A DNA stretch of 63,333 nt, filler included. It is 9 parts of 9 records of this genome, joined end to end, with 100 filler letters (N's around TTAATTAATTAA, not from the genome) between each part and the next. Parts side by side here need not be neighbours in the genome. Positions count along the whole stretch, not along the records: positions 28,190 to 33,452 come from SRR31156797_26741; positions 33,553 to 42,373 come from SRR31156797_26742; 7 more parts are not named here. One strand, 5' to 3'. Below, in pieces: positions 30,297 to 38,262 of the stretch; positions within the stretch are counted from its first letter, which is position 1; every line of letters starts with the position of its first letter. Position numbers and translations under genes: made by a program. Under the pieces are notes generated by a model that saw only the letters and a list, made by a program, of their open reading frames with translations, ran no database searches and had not been told where the DNA came from.

Positions 30297-32691
30297 TTAT
30301 TCATCAAATGCTAGTTTTGTGACATGATAATTCTCATATAAAAGAAAACTAGCGTATGGCTTTATTAGTGACGAAATAAACTCATCAATTTCAATTGGTT
30401 CTAGTTTTTCATCTTCATTTCTCATTTTCTGAAGAATGCTAAATAAAAACAATGAATGAAGGTATATAGATAAAAAATATTTGTCTTTATTAAACTTAAT
30501 TTCTTTTTCATCTGAAATTCTGTTCTTCGATAGAAAACTTTTTAAAACAAAAGAATCCATATTTATAATAATACTCTCAACCATTAAGTCGCCATCATCA
30601 CTATTTGTAATAACTTTAACAATATCTTTTCCTCCCCAGTTCAAATCAGGTCTGTTCCAAGGAATCCCTTCATTATCTATTGGGTTTTCATATGATTTAT
30701 AAGGAGTTGGTAAATTAGGAAATGTTTCTGTTTTCTTTTTAGTCTCAGTTTTTGGTGCGCTTATTTTTTCATCAACCTTAACAGTAAAAACACATTCAAA
30801 ATCTTTACCGGGTGAACTCAATATCGCTTTAATAGTTACCTCATCACCAATTTTTGCTTTTTCATTTGGTTTTAAGATTAGTTTTATTGTGCCATTTACT
30901 GGCCCCTCTCTGCTTATATTAATTACATCAACTGGCTCATTTGGCCTGGGATTAGGGTTAGGGTTTACCGGCTGATCTGTTTTATTTCTTTTTTGCAATA
31001 CTTCAATCTTAAAAGAACCTTTTTCAACTGGTCGAAATAGATAATCATTTTCAACATCTGTTTCAATTTCTAGTCTTCCATGTTTATTTAAGGGAATAGT
31101 TTTATATTTTTTCCCATCCTTGTCAGTTTTAAGATTAAGATTGAATATTGAAGGAAAGCGATTTAGCCTTTTTTGTTTATCAGCATTCTTATTCTCAGGT
31201 TTTCGAACCTGTCCATGTTGTTTTAAGAAGTTTAGTGAGCCATCTTTTTTTAATAAATTTATAACATCTTTGTCTACGGGTAGTTTTGAAAGGAATCGTT
31301 CAACCAAACCTTTATCATTCTTCGAGTCTTGAAGTAATAGGTTTTTTCTTTCGTTGTTAGTTCTTCTTAACTCATCACTAGATTTAAGCTTGCTGATAAT
31401 TGCATCTTTTAGATTATCTGTTTTCGGGCCACCCTTAAGGTGTGTCCTGTTTGACATGAACAGGTCGTGTCTTAATGATGTTGGAATAATTGTACAATTA
31501 ACATGGATTAACATATGACGCTTAAGCAGGGAAAATCCTAAATCCTGAGAAATGAACGATTGTCCCTCAAAGCCATGAACTTGACCATTTTGAGTAAATA
31601 TAATTGACTTGTTTTTAATAAATTCACTATGATCAACATCAGGGTTAAAGATAATTGCTTCAATGGGAATGTCCCCAAATCCAAGCTCCTCCGGTAATTT
31701 AAAAGAAACAGTAGTGTATACCATTTCCCGACTGTCAATAGTTATTCTTGTTCTATTACCGAGAACGGGTTTACTTGGAGATTTTACAGCATAATCCCCT
31801 TTTTTCATATACTGAAATTGGTAAAGGTAAATGATACATGTATTGATTCAAATCGCGCCACAAGTCAAGAGTTATATCAGATCTTGATCCACGTGGGAGC
31901 TGATATGAATATAATTTTATTATACTGCCGTGATTGAACTTTCTGTTGTATAAGCCGATATCTATATTATTTATTTTAAAACGGGGAATTGTATTATTCG
32001 GACAAAAATATTCATACCATGTTGCTTTTATGCCACCATATTCTTCATTAGATGAAAGCGGATGTCTTCTTACTAGCGTGAATCCTAAATCATAATTGGA
32101 ATTATCAAAATCAGGACATCTTTTTGAAGCAATTAATTGATATTTGTTTTCACCACAGAAGACAACAGCGCCAGTGGAGCCCATGTTATATTTGCCTTGT
32201 ACAAATTGTATGCTGGTTTTATTATTTTGATGAAGAGAAAGAAATGTATTTTCAAACTCCTCTGGGATTTGTCCTTCACCATTATCATATATTAATATTG
32301 ATGGTTGTTTTCTATCTCCTGTAGCAATTACTTGGATGTTTTCAGCCATATCCCTTCTTTCTGTAATGGTTAATTCTCCAATTTCACCATCTTTCACACC
32401 ATAGAAGTTTTCAACAGCACTACTCATTGACTTTGGAGCATCTTGAGATTTTGGGTCAATCCCCTTTAATTTGCATTCTTTTATTAATATCGCATCAATT
32501 GAGTTCGTTATTTTTTCCACTAAAGCGGGAACAGGATGATATTGCTGGCTTTCAAAAGTCCCAAAATTACCTTGGCTGTCTCCATAAGGTTTCCAATTTG
32601 CTGGGTCTTTCAGCATTTCATTTTTATTAATTATTTCATATACATCATTTTCATGGTTAGAATTAAATAATTCCCAAAATAGATTTTTCAT
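30297..32691 (-). pseudogene. MORC-like GHKL ATPase split by a +1 frameshift near 31796-31805 (about 797 aa if rejoined)
   Basis: N-terminal part (31771-32691) has Bergerat motifs ALVEKITNSIDA, IYDNGEG and QGKYNMGSTG; C-terminal part (30297-31808) overlaps it at an A6G4 run; removing one base gives continuous ...ISVYEKRDYAVKSPSK... Confidence 0.7.
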
Positions 32692-32830
32692 ATTCACCCG
32701 ATCATTGGTAATAGTATTTTACAGCAATCGCTTAATTAAGATTTACTTCAAGATAATAATATGTAGATAAAAGCTGAACTTTGCAAGCGGTAATTCAAAT
32801 GGGTGGTTATCAGGCAATTATTGGTGAGTG

Positions 32831-33230
32831 TGTAGGGGCGGGGCTGGACCCGCCCGGTGGCAGAGGGCGACTCTCGAGTCGCCCGTACATGTGGCGCGGA
32901 GAAATTTCCGAGGGCAATGACGCATTTCAAGGTTTCCGTATCGTGACAAACAGAGAGGTCGCGCTACGCGCCCCTTCGGCCTCCTCGAATAATGAACACC
33001 CTCCTTCGCCAAGGCTTACACCTGCGCTCTCCGAGCTTCGGTGCACAGGTCGGAGGGCAGGCCGAACATTCGAGCAATCGAGCAATCGAAGTAGGTCAAC
33101 CCCTCTACAAGTTCGGGGTTGAGATGTTTTGGGTGGCTTATACCCGGGGCTCCATACACCTTCGCCAAGGCTTCGGTGCATATCACCCCGGGTTATTACT
33201 TGGTTTAACCCCTCAACAGGCTCGGGGTTA
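32831..33230. repeat. Cluster of GC-rich REP/REPIN-like palindromes
   Basis: GTAGGGGCGGGGCTGGACCCGCCC (32832-32855) paired with GGGCGACTCTCGAGTCGCCCGTAC (32865-32888); CCTTCGCCAAGGCTT at about 33003 and 33159; ACCCGGGG...CCCCGGGT arms. Confidence 0.65.
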
Positions 33231-33552
33231 ATTGCGCTATTTGTGCACTTTGTTTCTTAGCGATTTATTTACCGTGAGCTTGTGAACCTTTGTGGGTAAA
33301 ATATTCTCTTCTTTGTGCTTTTGTGGTACTTTGTGCCTTTGTGTGAGGTCTTCGATAATTCCTTGTAATTCAGCGATTAGAATGATATTTTACACGGCAA
33401 TTGACATGAATTTGATTTAAAGGAAAATTAGAATGTACAAACCGGTCTCATCNNNNNNNNNNNNNNNNNNNNNNNNNNNNNNNNNNNNNNNNNNNNTTAA
33501 TTAATTAANNNNNNNNNNNNNNNNNNNNNNNNNNNNNNNNNNNNNNNNNNNN

Positions 33553-34770
33553 ACTACCATTTCCGATATCGTGACTATTCCACGTTGTACTATCATAGAT
33601 AAATTTGAAGTCAACGCCATCTGGCAGATCATAGTAAGCTGACCATGTTCCATCTGCTTGTTCAATAAGTGGGAAGCTTAAATCAGCAGGATCCCAATTT
33701 CCTCCACCGTGTGAGCTTAAATCTCCAACTAGATGAACTTCTGATGTAACAGTTACTCCGTAAGCTGTAGGATCAAATATAAAGTTATATGCATTTGTAG
33801 TAGGAATAACAGTTTCTGTATCAAGCTCAACATTGAATGCTGTTTCCTCTCCTGCAACTACAGTTATGCTTGTAGTTTTAGAGTACCATTTTGTTCCATC
33901 AGTTGATTTAACTTTAACAGTTAAGTCATAATTACCAGCGTCAAGATCTTCAATTGCTTCTCCTAAATCAGCTGTTTTACTGTTAATAGTTACAACACCT
34001 GTAGAGAAATCAAGGTCGCTTGTAGTTATACCTAAAGAGCTGGCAACTGTAATTCCACTTTGATTTACAATAGCATCACCATAACTAGACTTATCTTCAA
34101 CAGTCCAGTTAGGTCCGTTAGAATCACCATCAGAACCAAGATGATTACCGTCATCCCAAGAAGTAGCATCGTACATGAATTTGAACTCAGTACCTTCTGT
34201 AAGTTCAAACTCAGCTGACCAACTACCATCTTCTTGCTTTTCAAGTGCAAAAGTTTTATCTTCCGGATCCCAATCTTTACCACCTTGAGATGCAAAACCA
34301 CCAACTAAATGAATTTCATTTGATATTGTTATACCAAATTCAAGAGGACTAAATACAATTTTCCATTCTCCAGAACTTTGCTTATATGTTCCTGATGGAG
34401 TAAGTTCTTCGGATATTTCTAAAGAACTTATTTCAGCACACTTATCTGCAGTAACAAGAATAGTTTGTGTACCGATGTACCAGTCATCAGAGTTAGATTG
34501 AACTTTAATCATTAAACTCTGAGGTCCCGAACCTATATTTGCAATAGTTTCATCTAATTTACCTGTACTACCATCAATTGATAGATCAGCAGTATCAAAA
34601 TTAATTGCCCCGGCAGTTACACTTAGAGAACTAGAGACAGTAACTCCACTCTGATGAACTAGAACATCTCCAAAACCGGCACCAGCTTCATCTGCGTCTT
34701 TTAGTAGATTACAACTAACAGCAAACAGAGTTAAGGCCAATATAAAAATAAGTTTTAATATTTTTTTCAA
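33553..34770 (-). CDS. Surface lipoprotein with tandem starch-binding-like (SusE/F- or CBM48-like) modules (3' truncated)
   Basis: Lipobox FAVSC; duplicated unit GDxxVxQSGxTVxSSL...EVHLVG...WDP...DGxWSA...FKFxYD..W. Confidence 0.7.
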
Positions 34771-34805
34771 CTAAATCACTCCTTGTTTAGAATTTATAGA
34801 ATAAC

Positions 34806-34839
34806 CTTTGCATAAATGATTCAGATCATTTATGCAAAG
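34806..34839. terminator. 15-bp perfect stem-loop between the OM protein and lipoprotein genes (terminator or mRNA stabiliser)
   Basis: ctttgcataaatgat-tcag-atcatttatgcaaag. Confidence 0.6.
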
Positions 34840-34850
34840 ATTTAGTAATA

Positions 34851-37811
34851 TTACCATACTGATTTGAAGCTAAGTTTTGTATAGTCGTCTCCTTCATCAC
34901 TATCTTGTTTAGTATATGAAGCGTTTACTGTAGTTACACCAAAATCTTTTTCAAATTCGAATTTTAATGCGTCATCTTCATATTCATGTATCTCTTCATG
35001 ATTGAAGTCATATTTGAAAATAACTCTACTTTTTACATCATATGGTAATCTGTATTCTGAACTAAGAGTTAAATATGTATACCAATCTACGAAAACTTTT
35101 TTATCTGAAACATAGTACGATTGATCTTCATCGATATCTTCAGGAATAAAATCAATTCTTTCATCTTCGATATCTCTTGCTTCATACTCTATTTTAATTC
35201 CGTCCCATCTATCTGCATTTACTGGTTTTAATTTAGTTTCAAATCTTGCTTTTTTGATCCAATCATCGTCATCGTTATCATAGTATGCATCTTCTTCTAA
35301 GATTCCGTTTTCACCATTGTCATCAACTTCATAACTAAATTTAGCATAATTTACAAATTTAGCTCTAGGAATATTATGGAATTGAATCTCAGTCCAGTAT
35401 TGTAATGCCTGATCATTATCTCTATGTCCGTAATGCTCTTCATCTCTTACAAGAGTAGCATTAGCTTTGATATGTTCTATGAACTTAGCATATTTTTTAG
35501 CTTCTGTTTCAATATAATATCTTTGTGCTTCAGACTTTCTCATTTGAGATGTGTTAAGAGTTACGAATTTAACTAATGGAAGTTCATCAGCCTTAACTTC
35601 TAGGAATAACTCATTGATTCCGTCATCCCAATGATCAGTATCATATTCATCTTGTTCATATGAACCTTTGATATGTGCTAAATATGGTATTTTCCATAAT
35701 TCAAATCCAACTTTATATTGATCATTGATCATGTTAGAAGTATCTTCTTCTTCTGTTTTATATTTTCTATCTACATAAACTTTGAATCTATCATCGAATG
35801 TATAGTGTGCATTTGCAAATGTTTCAACATATCCAGTATCACTATTATCCATTAGGTCATCATTCGAGAATCTGATGTATGCATCTTTTGCTAATGATTT
35901 ATTTCCTACTTTAAAGTTACCTTTATCCCATAAGTTATAGTCTAATTGAGCGAATTTAAGATTCATTCCATACTCAAGACCATCGGCTGCGTATTCAGTT
36001 TGACTTACATCAACTAAAGTTGCATTGTTTCCAGGTGCTGATGGTAATCCTTTTTCATTACCATTCCATGAGCTTGCATTAAACATGAATTTGTATTCTA
36101 CAGCATCATCATCATCACCTGTAGGATCAACGTTAGTCATGTCAAAATATCCTACCCAGATATCTCCATCTTTAGTTAAGGCAAGAGATTTATTACTTGG
36201 AGTCCAGTTATCTATACTATTATAGTTAGGTGTTCCTTTAAATTCTCCAACTAAGTGAACTTCCTCAATATTTTCAGTGATTCCATAATCAGCTGGATCG
36301 AATACGAATTTCCAAACATTTCCACTATAAGGGAAAGAACCAGAACTACCCATTGATTCAATAATACTACCTGTTGGAATATATCCAACTTCACCTTGTA
36401 TTGTTAATCTTTCTGTTACATCTATTTCAGTAAAAACTGTAGAGTTGTAAACAGTATCTTCGTTTTCACCATTGTGTTCTACTTGATAATAAACATTAGA
36501 TGTTCCTAATGTTAATCTATCATCTAATAGATCTTTTTTAATATCAACTACTCCTAGAGTTTTCTTTGTATCTGCGTCTTCGAATATATCTTCTTTGTAT
36601 TGAGAAACAGCGATATTAATATGTGCAAATTTTTCTGTTTCAATTTTTACACCTATATTATTACTTCCGTCGTCATCAATGATCTCATCCGGATGAATAG
36701 TATTATCTCTATCGTCTGATGCTTGATTTGTATCAAAGATTTTCATTGGATCACTTGATGAATCAATATCAGTTGCATTTACCATTACACCGTAAGTGAT
36801 ATCTCCCGGGCTGTATTCTAATGCGAAATCTTCGATTTCGAAATCTTTAACAGATAGGCCACTTTTTTCTACTGATGATTCAAGTACAGAACCATCCTCA
36901 TGATCGATATCAAAATTAAATGAGAATTTACTGTCTACATTTAAGTTTTTACTAACTATATCAAATTCAAATTCATTTGTTGAATTAATATCTGAGTCAT
37001 GACCTTTACGTTCTAAAGTATTTGTTAATACCGGAACAAAGAAAAAACCATCTAAATTTAACTCATGTGTAACCATCTTTGTATTATAGTCAAATACAAA
37101 TCTAACCTCTGCATCATCTTCCGGTACAGTTAATGAAATGTTACTTCCATCCTGCTTACCTTCCTGACCATAGTTTTCATCCCAACTATCATCAATTGCT
37201 ACTTTGTATTCATATGTTCCTTTTGGTAGATTTACTACTAACTCATAGACATCGTTTCCAATGTGAGTCATTAGAGTTTCCTCTCCACCTGTATCCCAGT
37301 CATCGTCTCCGCCTAATGCCGTTTGGATTGATCCTGGCATAGTTACGTAAAGTTCCCCAATTCCCGGTGCAACTTCCTCTTTTTCAACTTCAATAACTTC
37401 TACTTCGACAACTTCAGCAACTTCACCTACAGCTGCTCCATTAATACTGTCAGATACTATCTTAGTATTATAATCAAATGTAAAGCTTACTTCATAATTG
37501 TCTTCCGGAACTGCTAGAGTAACATTATCTCCTCCAACTTCACCGTTTTTTCCATAGTTTTCATCCCATGTTCCACCTACAGCAACTTTGTACTCGTAGT
37601 TTCCACTAGGAAAATTAGCTTTAAACTCATATGTATCGTTTCCAACATGAGTCATTTTAGTTATTTCTCCCGCCGGATCCCATCCGCTTCCACCAAGAGC
37701 TTCTTGAATTGTCCCAGGTAAAACAACAAGCAATTCAGCTGAAAATGTTGTAAAACTTAGAAATAGTAATAATAAAAGTAATAATGATGGTAATTTGACT
37801 TTCGATTTCAT
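34851..37811 (-). CDS. Putative outer-membrane beta-barrel protein fused to two X25-like and one internal CBM-like alpha-glucan-binding domains
   Basis: Signal peptide; two copies of PG.IQ.ALGG...W....T.MTH.GND.YE...YEYKVA...WDENYG; amphipathic beta-strand region; terminal YTKLSFKSVW. Confidence 0.65.
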   Translation of the reverse strand: MKSKVKLPSLLLLLLLFLSFTTFSAELLVVLPGTIQEALGGSGWDPAGEITKMTHVGNDTYEFKANFPSGNYEYKVAVGGTWDENYGKNGEVGGDNVTLAVPEDNYEVSFTFDYNTKIVSDSINGAAVGEVAEVVEVEVIEVEKEEVAPGIGELYVTMPGSIQTALGGDDDWDTGGEETLMTHIGNDVYELVVNLPKGTYEYKVAIDDSWDENYGQEGKQDGSNISLTVPEDDAEVRFVFDYNTKMVTHELNLDGFFFVPVLTNTLERKGHDSDINSTNEFEFDIVSKNLNVDSKFSFNFDIDHEDGSVLESSVEKSGLSVKDFEIEDFALEYSPGDITYGVMVNATDIDSSSDPMKIFDTNQASDDRDNTIHPDEIIDDDGSNNIGVKIETEKFAHINIAVSQYKEDIFEDADTKKTLGVVDIKKDLLDDRLTLGTSNVYYQVEHNGENEDTVYNSTVFTEIDVTERLTIQGEVGYIPTGSIIESMGSSGSFPYSGNVWKFVFDPADYGITENIEEVHLVGEFKGTPNYNSIDNWTPSNKSLALTKDGDIWVGYFDMTNVDPTGDDDDAVEYKFMFNASSWNGNEKGLPSAPGNNATLVDVSQTEYAADGLEYGMNLKFAQLDYNLWDKGNFKVGNKSLAKDAYIRFSNDDLMDNSDTGYVETFANAHYTFDDRFKVYVDRKYKTEEEDTSNMINDQYKVGFELWKIPYLAHIKGSYEQDEYDTDHWDDGINELFLEVKADELPLVKFVTLNTSQMRKSEAQRYYIETEAKKYAKFIEHIKANATLVRDEEHYGHRDNDQALQYWTEIQFHNIPRAKFVNYAKFSYEVDDNGENGILEEDAYYDNDDDDWIKKARFETKLKPVNADRWDGIKIEYEARDIEDERIDFIPEDIDEDQSYYVSDKKVFVDWYTYLTLSSEYRLPYDVKSRVIFKYDFNHEEIHEYEDDALKFEFEKDFGVTTVNASYTKQDSDEGDDYTKLSFKSVW

Positions 37812-37869
37812 ATCTTCCTCCTTATTTAGTTTTTAAATTTATGTGTTCAAAAGTTCTAATCGGACAATG

Positions 37870-37883
37870 TGGCATCGTTTCCA
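37870..37883. promoter_or_regulatory. LacI-family (MalR/cre-like) operator
   Basis: tggcatcgtttcca (reverse complement TGGAAACGATGCCA), in the leader of the OM protein gene. Confidence 0.55.
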
Positions 37884-37944
37884 ATCACACTGTAAAATTT
37901 TAGCGTAGTAGTTTTTAACAATACCACTTCGCTTTTATGTCAAG

Positions 37945-37973
37945 AGTATACCGTAATAATACAGAAAAGTCAA
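37945..37973 (-). promoter_or_regulatory. Sigma70 promoter for the OM protein/lipoprotein operon
   Basis: TTGACT-N17-TATACT on the minus strand. Confidence 0.65.
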
Positions 37974-38164
37974 TAATAAATCAAAATAAAATCAAAAAAA
38001 TGTTTTGCAGCAAAAACACATTCGAATATTAAGAATAAAATTTCATTTTTTAATTATATTATATTTTGGTGTTAAATATAATATATATCACTATAAAAGG
38101 TTTCTAAAAGCATACTTTTCGAATAAGAAAGTTGGAGTAAGCTGAAAAAGAAGATAATTCAAAA

Positions 38165-38178
38165 TGGAAACAATTCCA
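38165..38178. promoter_or_regulatory. Second LacI-family-like operator
   Basis: TGGAAACAATTCCA, just upstream of the pullulanase -35 element. Confidence 0.5.
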
Positions 38179-38185
38179 AAAAAAG

Positions 38186-38214
38186 TTGATTTTTTTTTCA
38201 AGATGTAGTATATT
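38186..38214 (+). promoter_or_regulatory. Sigma70 promoter for pullulanase
   Basis: TTGATT-N17-TATATT. Confidence 0.55.
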
Positions 38215-38262
38215 TTGAACAGGAGAAACAAACAAAATAAAAATTAGGGGTGAAAAGATTTT

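Noticed and set aside
31796-31805. A-AAA-AAG programmed -1 frameshift signal
   Set aside because: The heptamer is present, but the downstream ORF is in the +1 frame relative to the upstream one, so classical -1 slippage would not join them
32781-33231. Short ORFs in the palindrome-rich region
   Set aside because: They are translations of repeat DNA with no RBS or protein-like features
32831-33350. Possible CRISPR array or integron attC array
   Set aside because: No constant-length direct repeats with unique spacers, no cas or integrase gene, and no convincing RYYYAAC...GTTRRRY pairs
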